From positions 62,001-126,000 of the forward strand of contig NIVC01001406.1 in assembly GCA_002269645.1 (NCBI GenBank): 64,000 bases of DNA, read 5' to 3'. Below, in pieces: positions 1-15,971 of the stretch (within the stretch, counting starts at the first letter, position 1; each line of letters starts with the position of its first letter). This stretch comes from Macrostomum lignano (taxonomy: Eukaryota). The notes beneath the pieces were generated by a model. It was not told the origin of the DNA. It saw nothing but the letters and a program-made list of their open reading frames with translations, and ran no database searches. A program made the translations under genes and the position numbers.

Positions 1-1704
1 GCTCTCCGCTTTTGGTTGATATAAATTTCTCTCTCGCCCCATTCCCCTGGTCAGCCAGACTTGATGAATTGCGGGCTGCCTCGACCCGAGAAGATGATCT
101 AAGAAAAAACTCTGTACTGGAAGGGAAACTTGTGTGTTGCAAAAAGCAGTTTCATGAGTTTTAGTACTAAAGAATTCAAAGCATCTGCGTTTCCTAAAAA
201 CGAAGTTCAAGAAAGAAACAGTAACTTCAAAACACCTAGTCGTCCTAGAGAAGACACCATAAAGCTGGCTGCAGGTGTCCAGGTTACACGCTATAGATAA
301 GATAACTAATTATAATAGCCAGCTGTTTGATTCAACGGACTCCTTATAAACAGGTTTCTAAAGTGGAATAAATTCTCTGTAGCTTTATTAATAATAATTA
401 TGGGATTTGAGGTCCAAACAAATAATCAATGCTTGACAACTGAAACAGAAGGGCACAGCACTCGGGTTTCTTAGAAATGAGCTGGAAGCCGGTAAGGAAC
501 GTACGCTCGTACGGTTTTCCGTATCGCCAGTGCATTTAGTATGCCCTAGAGAGCACAGATTCTATCTACCCTCTGCAGAGCGAAAACCCCCGGGGTTCAG
601 ACCATAGACTATAGCTTCTGCTGCTCTCAAGACATTTAGAAGCAGCTCGTGTCTGTGGCCCAAACCCCTGGATTTTCGGTGCCCTCGGAGACACTTAAAT
701 ACATTAGCAAATGCTGTAGTGACATACCTAGGTAATATAGAATCTGTGCTAGAGAAAGCATTGCGCTGAATGAGGTTTTGCCATAGACAAATTTGTTCGA
801 GAAAAATCCTCGAGAACATACTTGCTTGATCCTGTGTGCAGAACTACTGATATTGTCTATGGCAAATCTCCTTCAGGTCCAACTGAAAACCCCTCGTCCC
901 TCCAGCGTGCAGGATTGATTTTGTCTATGGTTGAACTTCATTGTCTATGACTAAAAAAGCCCACAAAGCCTCTCTATCCGGCCCTCGGGTCCTTTGAAAC
1001 TTCACAATAGCAATCCGGCCCCGCTCAAGGTTTGTGTCTTCTCTCAGCTCTCTTTCTCTAATCTCCTTTCCTTTCTCATCTTCCCTCTCTCTTCTCTCCC
1101 CTCATCTCCCTTCCTAGTTCTATCCCCTTCCCTCCTCTCTACTCTCATCTCTGCTCTCCCCTCTCTCCTCTTTCCCCTCCTCTCTCCTCTCCTCGTCTCC
1201 ACACCCCTGTCTCCTCCCTCTGGCCCGCGATCATAGTTAGCCGACCCCTGTTCTAAATGCACCAGCAGTCTAGCGGTAGATTCTGCATTCAGTGGCAAGA
1301 GAGTTCGCAATCCGAAATCCCATAGGTTACCGAATAGTGCCTGCTCAGATACGGGCGTTAGCAACTGAGGGACTTACGTACAGAGAGGGGAAGAGAGCTG
1401 TCCAATCTAAAACCGGTCCACCCACCTCATTTAGTTTGTCGCCTCCAACACTTTGGGAAACTATATTAGTGAGAGAAAAAAGTGTCGGGGAAAATTAGCC
1501 CAGTTTTGGGGAAATTTTCAGCCTAAAGCGCCGCGTCATCTCCTCACCCATCCGGACTTTCAATTCAGACTATTGAAGTCCCGATCGGAGAAACGCAACG
1601 CCAACAGCGCAGCGGCGGCGGCGACGACGGCGGCTAACGCCAGGTCGAAGAGCAGCAACCGCAGCAGCAGCTGGGCCAGCGGCATCCGCTTGCGCACCGG
1701 CGGC

Positions 1705-4620
1705 ATGGGCTGCGGCCCGTCGTCAAGCGACGACGCTTCGGCGAGCGGCGACAGCAAAGAGAAGGACGCGGCCTCGGCTGGCGAGATCAGCATCAGGTCG
1801 GCGGTGCTCATCCAGAAGTGGTACCGCCGGTACAAGGCCCGGCTGGAGGCCAGGCGGCGCACCACCTGGATGATCTACCAGAGCATCGAGTACTCCAGCG
1901 AGTCCAGCCAGCTGCACCTGTACAATTTCTTCAACGACATGCTCAGCCTGACCGGAGTCGGCGGCGGTGGCCACCCGTCGGGAGCAGCCGCCGCGGAGCC
2001 GCTGAAAACCTGCGTCGTTGGGCACCGACGCTTCACCGAGCGGCTCCGGCAACTCAGCCAGGAGGAGGAGGATCGCGAGCTGCTCGACCTGACCAGCTTC
2101 GCCGACCTGTCGGTTGAGAAGAGCTACCGAGGCCCGCACCTCACCTTCCCGTTGAGCGCCAGCCACGTGCAGCTGATGATTGACAGCTTCCGGCAGGGCG
2201 GCCAGCTGCATCCGCGCTACCTGCTGCAGCTGCTGCACGAGACTCGGCTGGCCCTGCGCGCCAAACCCAACGTGCACTCGGCCAGCACCAGCATCTCCAA
2301 GCAGGTCACGGTCATCGGCGACCTGCACGGCAAGCTGGATGACCTGCTGATAGTGTTCTACAAGAACGGCCTGCCGGACATCACCAACCCGTACGTGTTC
2401 AACGGAGACTTTGTCGACCGCGGCGCCAACTCAGTTGAAGTGGCTGCGCTGCTGTTCGCCTGCCAGCTGGTGTGGCCGACGGCCGTCTGCGTCAACCGGG
2501 GCAACCACGAGGATCACGTGATGAACTGCCGCTACGGCTTCATCAAGGAGGTGCAGACAAAGTACAGGCATTCGGCCAGCAAGATTGTCAAACTGTTTGC
2601 CGAGGTGTTCGCCTGGATGCCGCTGGCTACGGTGGGACTGTGGGACTGTGGGACTGTGGGACTGTGGGACTGTGGGACTGTGGGACTGTGGGACTGTGGG
2701 ACTGTGGGACTGTGGGACTGTGGGACTGTGGGACTGTGGGACTGTGGGACTGTGGGACTGTGGGACTGTGGGACTGTGGGACTGTGGGACTGTGGGACTG
2801 TGGGACTGTGAGACTGTGAGACTGCGGGACTGTGGGACTGTGGGACTGAGACAGTGAGAATCGTGATACCATGTCGGCACCAGAGTGAGCAAAACCCGAC
2901 CTCTCCACGCCGCCCCATCGCAGCTGATAGATGATCGCATCCTGGTCGCCCACGGCGGTATTTCCGACAAGCTGGACTTGGAGTTGCTCCGCAGGCTAGA
3001 CCGGCACAGATACCTGTCGGCCCTGAGACCGCCTGGAAACGATGGTGAGAAAGTGGACTACCTGGAGTGGCGGCAGGTACTGGACCTGCTATGGAGCGAT
3101 CCAAAGCCGCAGGCGGGCTGCCGGCCCAACACGTTCAGAGGCGGCGGCTGCTACTTCGGCCCGGACGTCACTGAGAGCTTCCTGCGCAAGAACAAGCTGA
3201 CTCTGCTGGTCAGATCACACGAGTGCAAGCAGGATGGCTATGAGTTCTGCCATGACGGAGCTGTGCTCACAGTGTTCTCGGCCTCCAATTACTACGAGGA
3301 GGGCAGCAACAGGGGTGCCTACGTGAAATTCGACAGCTCCGGCAAGCCGCACATCGTCCAGTACATGGCCAGCCGCTCCAGGAGGCTGCCGGTTGGCAGG
3401 CGCCTCTCCACCGTGGAGGAGGGCGCGTTGAAGGGACTCAGGGCTCGCGTGCTGGCCTCGAAGACCGAGTTGCTTGCTGCATTTCAGCGACTGGATCCTG
3501 GCAGAACTGGAGCGATACGGCTGGCCGATTGGTGCCAGGTGGGCCGGCGGGTTCCGGGAAATCACCTGGGAACCTGACTCTCCGCTTCATCAGGGCTTGA
3601 GAATCTTCCTCTCCGCTTCTTCAGTGCTTGAGAATCTGCCTCTCCACCTTCATCAGGCCTTGAGAATCTGCCTCTCCGCTTCATCAGGCCTTGAGAATCT
3701 GCCTCTCCGCTTCATCAGGCCTTGAGAATCTGCCTCTCAGCTTCATATTGCTTGAGAATGTGCCTCTCGGCCAGAATCATAGGAACTCTCGCATACATCA
3801 ACCAGCATCAAGGGAACACACGCATACATCAATCCGCATCACGGGAACACACGCATAGATTAGCCAGCATCACGGGAACACACGCATACATCAGCCAGCA
3901 TCACGGGAACACACGCATACATCAATCCGCATCACGGGAACACACGCATACATCAGCCAGCATCACGGGAACACACGCATACATCAGCCAGCATCACGGG
4001 AACACACACATACATCAGCCAGCATCACGGGAACACACGCATACATCAGCCAGCATCACGGGAACACACGCATACATCAGCCAGCATCACGGGAACACAC
4101 GCATACATCAGCCAGCATCACGGGAACACACGCATACATCGGTAATTTTCCTTCACCCACCCAGGCCATGGACGAGACCCTCAGACTTGACCTGCCCTGG
4201 CGGACTCTGCGGCCGCATCTGGCCGAGTTAAACAAGAGCGGCCGGCTGCTGTACATGACCTGCTTCGAGCGGGTCGCCCTGGACGCTGGCCGCCTCGCCG
4301 GCACCAAGGAGGTGGCCGCTTCGCTCACCGAGGCGGTGTACAAGAACAAGGAGGAGCTGGAGACCATCTTCCGCATCATGGACAAGGACAGCAGCGGCCA
4401 AATCAGCCTGGAGGAATTCCGCGACTCCTGCCGCGTCCTGAGCGAAGCCACCGGTCGCCAAATGGCCGACGCCGAAGTCGAAGCGATGGCCAAAGCGATG
4501 GACCTCAACAACGACGGGTACATCGATTTCAACGAGTTCTTGGAGGCGTTTCGCATTGTTGACAATCAGACTGTGCGGCTGGTTGGAACTGCGGCTGCGC
4601 TGGGCGCCCCGAAGCAGTGA
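1705..4620 (+). CDS. PPEF: Serine/threonine protein phosphatase with EF-hands (PPEF/rdgC family); exons 1705-2631, 2924-3538, 4165-4620; 665 aa
   Basis: PPP motifs GDLHG, GDFVDRG, RGNHE, HGG, RSHE and SASNY; IQ motif AVLIQKWYRRYKARLE; two canonical EF-hands (DKDSSGQISLEEF, DLNNDGYIDFNEF); N-terminus MGCGPSS. Introns 2632-2923 and 3539-4164 are GT..CAG, both phase 0, and restore WMPLAT|LIDDRILVAHGG and DWCQ|AMDETLRLDLPWR. Confidence 0.95.
2632..2850 (+). repeat. 8-bp minisatellite (GTGGGACT)n, about 27 copies, PPEF intron 1
   Basis: Directly visible; the first unit begins at the donor GT. Confidence 0.95.
3575..3760 (+). repeat. 31-bp tandem repeat (CTTGAGAATCTGCCTCTCCGCTTCATCAGGC-like), PPEF intron 2
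   Basis: TGAGAATC recurs at 3661 and 3692 (period 31); about 5-6 degenerate copies. Confidence 0.85.
3785..4140 (+). repeat. 31-bp tandem repeat (CATCACGGGAACACACGCATACATCAGCCAG)n, PPEF intron 2
   Basis: About 11 copies with period 31, ending about 24 nt before the acceptor. Confidence 0.92.
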
Positions 4621-4634
4621 AGTGGCGGAAAAGT

Positions 4635-5300
4635 ACAATGGATTGCTAGTCTAGCCAATAGGGTACAATGGATTGCTAGTAGGGCCAATAGGGTACAATG
4701 GATTGCTAGTCTAGCCAATAGGGTACAATGGATTGCTAGTCTAGCCAATAGGGTACAATGGATTGCTAGTCTAGTCAATGGGGTGCAATGGATTGCTAGT
4801 CTAGCCAATAGGGTATAATGGATTGCTAGTCTAGTCAATGGGGTGCAATGGATTGCTAGTCTAGTCAATGGGGTACAATGGATTGCTAGTCTAGCCAATG
4901 GGGTGCAATGGATTGCTAGTCTAGTCAATGGGGTGCAATGGATTGCTAGTCTAGTCAATAGGGTATAATGGATTGCTAGTCTAGTCAATAGGGTATAATG
5001 GATTGCTAGTCTGGTCAATTGGAGTGCAATGGATTGCTAGTCTAGTCAATGGGGTGCAATGGATTGCTAGTCTAGTCAATAGGGTATAATGGATTGCTAG
5101 TCTAGTCAATAGGGTATAATGGATTGCTAGTCTAGTCAATAGGGTATAATGGATTGCTAGTCTAGTCAATAGGGTATAATGGATTGCTAGTCTGGTCAAT
5201 TGGAGTGCAATGGATTGCTAGTCTGGTCAATGGGGTGCAATGGATAGCTAGTCTAGTCAATGGGGTGCAATGGATTGCTAGTCTGGTCAATGGGGTGCCT
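4635..5300 (+). repeat. 30-bp minisatellite (CAATGGATTGCTAGTCTAGCCAATAGGGTA)n just after the PPEF stop
   Basis: About 22 copies with period 30. Confidence 0.95.
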
Positions 5301-5724
5301 AGACTACCTAGACTAAGTTGAATATTTCCGATTGAAATCGACTTGAAAGCTTTAGCGATAAACTGATCCTTTTTACTTCTCCTGCTTGATAATTTTCTTG
5401 AGAAATGTGCACCGAATTTTGCATCTGAGCAAAGCTATTTCCAGTCCAATTTTGGCGCCAATTTAAACGCAATCTATCGCTATCGCTAAAACAAATTAGC
5501 AAATATTTATTCTGTTGTACAAAATCGCCTTCGATGTCAGGTCATCAGTTACTGATTTTTTTGTTCGCTTTAAAAGTCATCTGCCGCCTCCCTTTCGCGA
5601 AAAAAATAACTGCAATAATCCCCACTGTTACAAAATTTGCAACGTTTCCTTCATCAGGTGGGAGCAGAGCAGCTCCGCGGTGAACGCGTCTGACTCTCGG
5701 GCCACCAAATTCATTCATTTGGTG

Positions 5725-6395
5725 GAATTTTCACAGACTCGAATCTTCACAGACTTGAATCTTCACAGAATCGAATATTCACATAATCGAATTTTCACAG
5801 ATTCGAATCTTCACAGACTCGAATTTTCACAGACTCGAAACTTCACAGACTCGAATCTTCACAGACTTGAATCTTCACAGACTCGAAACTTCACAGACTC
5901 GAATATTCACACACTTGAATCTTCACAAAATCGAATATTCACATAATCGAATTTTCACAGATTCGAATCTTCACAGAATCGAATATTCACATAATCGAAT
6001 ATTCACAGACTCGAATCTTCACAAAATCGAATATTCACATAATCGAATTTTCACAGATTCGAATCTTCACAGACTCGAAACTTCACAGACTCGAATGTTC
6101 ACAGAATCGAATATTCACAGAATCGAATATTCACATAATCGAATATTCACAGACTCGAATGTTCACAGAATTGAATCTTCACAGAATCGAATCTTCACAG
6201 AATCGAATCTTCACAGAATCGAATATTCACAGAATCGAATATTCACAGACTCGAATCTTCACAGAATTGAATATTCAAATAATCGAATCTTCACAGACTC
6301 GAATCTTCACAGACTTGAATCTTCACAGACTCGAAACTTCACAGACTCGAAACTTCACAGACTCGAATATTCACACACTCGAATCTTCACAAGCT
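5725..6395 (+). repeat. ~16-bp minisatellite (TTCACAGACTCGAATC)n
   Basis: Degenerate tandem units directly visible. Confidence 0.9.
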
Positions 6396-7034
6396 CAAAA
6401 CTCTTTAAAAGTTCAATAGTTCATCATTTTCAACTTGGATGGGAGTGTATAATCTATCTCATAAAATTAGGGCTTACGAGTTGAAATCCTGAGGCTTATA
6501 TATCGGTGATGCATTTATAATTAGGCAAAAAATTGGAACAATTCCATAATTTAGATGCTGTTGGTCTAAATATGCTTATAAATTATCTTTTGTAGAAGAT
6601 AGCGGGGGGAGGCAGAGAGAGAGGGAGATGGAGAGAGGGAGATTGATCAGTTTTTTAGAGCGCTTCATCTAGCTGAGCTAGAATCTGGAACAATTTAATT
6701 TTAATCCGCTGCTGGAAATAAAATCCTCATCATTACTTAAAACCGAGGTCTGAGTGCACGCTTGCATTGAATCAGTTTGAATGCTTAAAGCACTGATACA
6801 TTGGCGCATGGATACGCAAGTTCGAGCCATCGTTTTACGAGTAATCGCATGAGCAATTGTCATTAAGTGAGCATTTTTGCATCGAATCAGCTTTGAGTAA
6901 CCGTAATAATTCAACTCTATAACTTCGAATTTTAGTTGCTAGGGTCTGGGGTCTGCTCTACCAAACCTCTCCCCTCTCTTTATATCCTCACAATATATTT
7001 CAGATCTGCCTTTCTAATTCCCCATAGTTCTATT

Positions 7035-7810
7035 TCCATTTCTGTAAGATCTATTCCCATCTCTGTAAGATCATTTTTCATTTCTGTAAGATATATTCCC
7101 ATCTCTGTAAGATCTATTCTCATCTCTGTAAAATCTATTCTCATTTCTGTAAGATCTATTCCCATCTCTGTAAGATCTATTCCCATCTCTGTAGGATCTG
7201 TTCTCGTCTCTGTAAAATATATTCCCATCTCTGTAAGATCTATTCCCATCTCTGTAAGATCATTTTTCATTTCTGTAAGATATATTCCCATCTCTGTAAG
7301 ATCTATTCTCATCTCTGTAAAATCTATTCTAATCTGTGTAATATCTATTCTCATCTCTGTAAGATCTATACCCATCTCTGTACGATCTGTTCTCATCTCT
7401 GTAGAATCTATTCCCGTCACTCTGAGATCTATTCTCATCTCTGTAAGATCTATTCTCATCTCTGTAAGATCTATTCTCATCTCTGTAAAATCTATTCTCA
7501 TTTCTGTAAGATCTATTCTCATCTCTGTAAGATCTATACCCATCTCTGTAAGATCTATTCTCATCTCTGTAAGATCTATACCCATCTCTGTAAAATTTAT
7601 TCTCATTTCTGTAAGATCTATTCTCATCTCTGTAAGATCTATACCCATCTCTGTAAGATCTATACCCATCTCTGTAAGATCTGTTCTCATCTCTGTAAGA
7701 TCTATACCCATCTCTGTAAGATCTGTTCCCATCTCTGTAAGATCTATACCCATCTCTGTAAGATCTATTCTCATCTCTGTAGAATATATTCCCGTCACTC
7801 CGAGATCTGT
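7035..7810 (+). repeat. 21-bp minisatellite (ATCTCTGTAAGATCTATTCTC)n
   Basis: Period 21; explains the repetitive ORFs 6936-7916, 6980-7822 and 7329-7841. Confidence 0.93.
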
Positions 7811-8484
7811 TGCCGTCTCCAAAAAAATACAATTCAGGCAAGCAAAAGCAACAGTGAAAGGTTCACATCATATATATAAATGCGCAAGGCATAAACAAGC
7901 AAAGGTGCAGGTTTGAATAACAGCCTAAGCTAGTGGGCGATTAAACCGATGCTGCCAGCTCAGGCTTTGATCAGGGAGATTATGGAACAAATGTGGAATT
8001 CATTCCCAAGGAGAGAAAAGGGAAAGCAGGAGCGATGGGCCTCAGAAACTCATATTGGCTTACTGAGTTCGCTTTGATAGCCACCCTCAAGCCCCTCTTT
8101 GATGATGCTTCCCTGTAGGTCGCCTCTTAAGTCCGCACTTCTCTTCCCACTGTGTATCTCTCAAAGTATTATGAGGCACTCTTCAGCTAGCCCCTGACAA
8201 TGTATTCATAATTAGATCGAACCCCCCCTCCCCACACGTTCCGCTTCCGTCACCCTGTGTACACGTATTTCCGTACTGCTTTGAGAGTGTGGGCGCCAGA
8301 ATGGAGGCATAATGAGCCTGTGCTCTGTTTGTATTGAACACTGTGCTGTGAGCACTGATACACAATAAAAGACTTACTCGGAATTTGCTTTGGCTGTAAT
8401 GCAACAGTTTTACTGGATTATTAGGGGCTAACAACTTTTTAAATACTATTTGACACTTTCAGTAGTTGAAACTGAGAGAGATAT

Positions 8485-9520
8485 AGAGAGGGGAGAGGAG
8501 GCAGAAGAGAGGGGAGAGGAGGCAGAAGAGAGGGGAGAGGAGGAGGCAGAAGAGAGGGGAGAGGAGGCAGAAGAGAGGGAGAGGAGGCAGAAGAGAGGGG
8601 AGAGGAGGAGGCAGAAGAGAGGGGAGAGGAGGCAGAAGAGAGGGGAGAGGAGGCAGAAGAGAGGGGAGAGGAGGCAGAAGAGAGGGGAGAGGAGGAGGCA
8701 GAAGAGAGGGGAGAGGAGGAGGCAGAAGAGAGGGGAGAGGAGGAGGCAGAAGAGAGGGGAGAGGAGGCAGAAGAGAGGGGAGAGGAGGAGGCAGAAGAGA
8801 GGGGAGAGGAGGCAGAAGAGAGGGGAGAGGAGGCAGAAGAGAGGGGAGAGGAGGAGGCAGAAGAGAGGGGAGAGGAGGAGGCAGAAGAGAGGGGAGAGGA
8901 GGCAGAAGAGAGGGGAGAGGAGGCAGAAGAGAGGGGAGAGGAGGAGGCAGAAGAGAAGGGAGAGGAGGCAGAAGAGAGGGGAGAGGAGGAGGCAGAAGAG
9001 AAGGGAGAGGAGGCAGAAGAGAAGGGAGAGGAGGCAGAAGAGAGGGGAGAGGAGGCAGAAGAGAGGGGAGAGGAGGCAGAAGAGAGGGGAGAGGAGGCAG
9101 AAGAGAGGGGAGAGGAGGCAGAAGAGAGGGGAGAGGAGGAGGCAGAAGAGAGGGGAGAGGAGGAGGCAGAAGAGAGGGGAGAGGAGGCAGAAGAGAGGGG
9201 AGAGGAGGCAGAAGAGAGGGGAGAGGAGGAGGCAGAAGAGAGGGAGAGGAGGAGGCAGAAGAGAGGGGAGAGGAGGCAGAAGAGAGGGGAGAGGAGGCAG
9301 AAGAGAGGGGAGAGGAGGCAGAAGAGAGGGGAGAGGAGGCAGAAGAGAGGGGAGAGGAGGCAGAAGAGAAGGGAGAGGAGGCAGAAGAGAGGGGAGAGGA
9401 GGCAGAAGAGAAGGGAGAGGAGGCAGAAGAGAGGGGAGAGGAGGCAGAAGAGAGGGGAGAGGAGGCAGAAGAGAGGGGAGAGGAGGCAGAAGAGAGGGGA
9501 GAGGAGGCAGAAGAGACAGA
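8485..9520 (+). repeat. Purine-rich 21/24-bp minisatellite (GAGGAGGCAGAAGAGAGGGGA)n
   Basis: Directly visible; variants carry an extra GAG. Confidence 0.95.
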
Positions 9521-10099
9521 CCATGCACGAGAGAGTCAAAACTGGGCCCTCAGGAAAAGCGGTCACGCAAAGTGGCCCGCGAAACCGAATAAAAGGATGG
9601 AGGAAAAGAGACGCCACGACGGGTCGATAGCCAAGCACTTATTTATCCCATTGCGGTAATAAAGTCATAGGGCGCAAGGAGGCTTCTGCGCGGTCAATCA
9701 GCTGGAAAATGTTGTCGCGCATGTTGCTGGGATGCGTTGAGCACGGCACTCAGTTTGGAAGCGGCCGACTAGTTTGGGAGCTGAACGCACTTATCAAAGA
9801 GCGCTGCAGCGATTCAATTTATTTGCCCATATTGGAGGCCGACTGCTAAGGCAAACTCTGTTCGCCTTATCGACAAATTTCTGCCAACGAAAATTGTCAG
9901 AAAATTCTGGGTTAATCGGTCGCCGCCGCCTCTGCTGCTCTTTGAATTCTATGAACTTACACTTTAGTTTGATTACGAGCGTACTGGCTAGCGCAATTAC
10001 TATTAGTAGCATCCAATGTGTCTTCATTTATTTTTTATAACGCTAGACAATACGAATATACCGAAATATTTAAAGCAGCGGGTGCTTTAGGAAAGTTAA

Positions 10100-10420
10100 A
10101 GAGTGACAGGCGCTTATCGGGAATGGAGAGTGACAGGCGCTTGTTGGGAATGGAGAGTGACAGGCGCTTGTTGAAAACGGAGAGTGACAGGCACTTATTG
10201 GAAATGAAGAGTGACAGGCGCTTATCGGGAATGGAGAGTGACAGGCACTTATCGGGAATGGAGAGTGACAGGCGCTTGTTGGGAATGGAGAGTGACAGGC
10301 GCTTGTTGGGAATGGAAAGTGACAGGCGCTTGTTGGGAATGGAGAGTCACTCCTGTCACAGGCGCTTATCGGGAATGGAGAGTGACAGGCGCTTATCGGG
10401 AATGGAGAGTGACAGGCATA
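10100..10420 (+). repeat. 27-bp minisatellite (GAGTGACAGGCGCTTGTTGGGAATGGA)n
   Basis: GAGTGACAGG at 10101 and 10128; period 27. Confidence 0.92.
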
Positions 10421-10667
10421 TTTATTCTTGAGCATGACTGGCTTGCAGGGCTCAGTGTAAATAGGGAAGACGCAAGCTTCATCTTTGCACACGGGGTTCG
10501 CCCCCACTGCTGCTCAAGACTGCTAAATTGGGTATCTAATTATATAAAAAAGCACACACAGGTAAACTCCGGCTGCAATAGCCAGCAATCGCTGACAACT
10601 ATCTGCATCCCAGTGGCCTCTTAGCTCAGTGAAAAAGCTGCACTTAGCAACGTGATGCACACAATCG

Positions 10668-10680
10668 GTTGCCAAGCAAC
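10668..10680. promoter_or_regulatory. RFX X-box match GTTGCC-A-AGCAAC
   Basis: Fits the RFX consensus GTNRCC(N0-3)RGYAAC; about 320 nt upstream of ATG 11000. Confidence 0.55.
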
Positions 10681-10775
10681 CTCAAAGCCGCACTGTACCC
10701 GCCATCTCCGAGAATAATTTTTGTCAATAGCCTTGGGCCTTGAGCGCTCCCCATTTCTGGTAGTTAAACTGAATG

Positions 10776-10790
10776 GTTGCCAGGGGCAAC
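10776..10790. promoter_or_regulatory. RFX X-box match GTTGCC-AGG-GGCAAC (palindromic half-sites)
   Basis: Perfect inverted half-sites GTTGCC/GGCAAC; about 210 nt upstream of ATG 11000. Confidence 0.6.
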
Positions 10791-10999
10791 AAATCAGATA
10801 GAAAGGCGCGTCTTTGTGTGCTAAACCCCACGCCTATACCCCTGTACGTGCTCCCGCGTCCAGTCTCTCTCTCTCCCAGTTCTGCATCCGGACTGAGAGC
10901 AAGGCCGGCCCCTTGAAATGCATGAGCTCTGAGGCAGGGCGAGAGAAGAAGCTCCAGTTCCAGTTGGGAAAGAAACTGCAGAAACGCAGAAGCAGCAGC

Positions 11000-14552
<3,553 letters not shown>

Positions 14553-14799
14553 GCTCGGGATTTTTTGGTCACTTTGCTTCCACGCGGAGAGCGACGCGTG
14601 TTTGCTTACTTTAGCTGACAAAATATTCAGTGTGGAAAATCCACTGTTTTCTTGTACAGAGAATTTAATTTAAACGGGTTTGTCAATGTTTTTATAGGAA
14701 ATGAAAGGGTTCATTCAAAATCCGATTAATATTGAACCATCATAATATTACCTTGGGACCATACGTCTTGGCATATGGCTTACGGATATAACCCCCCCC

Positions 14800-14970
14800 C
14801 CCCGGTGTTTTCCCTTGATGACAGATCCCCTCCGGCACTTCCTCTCCGGCGTTTCCCCTTGATGACAGATCCCCTCCGGCGTTTCCCCTTGATGACAGAT
14901 ACCCTCCGGCACTTCCTCTCCGGCGTTTCCCCTTGATGACAGATACCCTCCGGCACTTCCTCTCCGGCAC
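14800..14970 (+). repeat. Short tandem repeat (TTTCCCCTTGATGACAGATCCCCTCCGGC plus an optional ACTTCCTCTCCGGC), about 4 copies
   Basis: Directly visible between the convergent 3' ends of the CAP-like and OSBPL genes. Confidence 0.8.
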
Positions 14971-15971
14971 ATTGGGTGATTAGATGGGGACGGAACCACG
15001 AGTGATCTCTAATCCCTAAAGTCAATGTCTTCCCCTCCGGTCATGCCACGGAGGGGAAATATCCGGTAGCCTATGTTTATGAGTAATTATCATTATATAA
15101 TATAATACGATAATTATAATATTCGCCGGAGGGCTGCGAACACTCTGGCGCAACTTCTTATTGAAAATCTTTCTTTTAATGTGTAATATTAATTAAATGC
15201 AATACTATAAACGCCTGGAAACGAATTTATTGCATAAGCACTTATTAATTCGTGACAGATTGGTTCCTAATGCAGTTGAGTCAGTCAGTAAGCTGCCATC
15301 CCGAAACCAAGTGTCTACGGTCTCAAGCTTCTCAGGTGTAGTTGTTATTATGCGGCCAATGGACAATGTGAATGTCATATTTTTGCAGATATATTTTAAC
15401 AATAGGAACAATAAACAAACTGATAACCAAGCAGAGATTCCCTTATTGAAAATATTTTACAGCCAAACATGGAGTCAGCAGCGGGTACTGAAGTGTCGCA
15501 AACAGATTTTTAAATGTTCAAATAAGTGAGAGAAATGTTTTCACTCAATTAAAACAAATAAATAAGCTCAAATTAACACGAGAAAAACAACAATAAAAGT
15601 ACAAAAAATCTAATTATATTACTCAGAGTACTAGGCAGAAGTAGTATTGGTAGTGCAATAATAATGAAATGTTTTATTAATAATTCAACTCGAAATAATT
15701 TGTTTTGCGTCTTCAGTGAATTGCAAAATCTAAAATCTACTACACAGACTACTACTGATAGTATTGAAGTAGGACAACAGATTCTGATATTTCGAAAAGG
15801 AGAAAAAATCAGCCGTCTCAGTTACCGGAGGAACAGCGGAATACTAAAACAAAACGTGCGCAGTTCGCGACTGTGGAAATCTGTAGATTGCAGCGATGAA
15901 CTACTATTAGTAGTAGCAATTTGTTCCACAATGATTACCAGACCAAAACTGTCCATGATCTACTCGTACAA

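Noticed and set aside
562-819. 85-aa minus-strand ORF near the window start
   Set aside because: No recognisable motif or supported splice partner within the window.
2632-2857. C-terminal VGLWDCGT repeats on ORF 1453-2811
   Set aside because: Read-through into the intron-1 8-mer array; splicing at 2631/2924 restores the PPP catalytic sequence.
6936-9638. Long ORFs 6936-7916, 6980-7822, 8439-9638, 8446-9528 and 8450-9592
   Set aside because: They are translations of 21-bp tandem arrays that are open in several frames and on both strands, with no non-repetitive domain.
6678-10027. Possible cryptic minus-strand gene (ORF 6678-6914, donor-like GTAAGT/GTAAGC sites near 8.0-8.4 kb, hydrophobic ORF 9794-10027)
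   Set aside because: The fragments could not be joined into a phase-consistent frame and no family motif was recognised. RNA-seq would be needed to revisit it.
10612-10640. tRNA-like 5' segment GGCCTCTTAGCTCAGTG
   Set aside because: Only an A-box-like piece; no anticodon arm, T-loop (GTTCRA) or acceptor stem follows.
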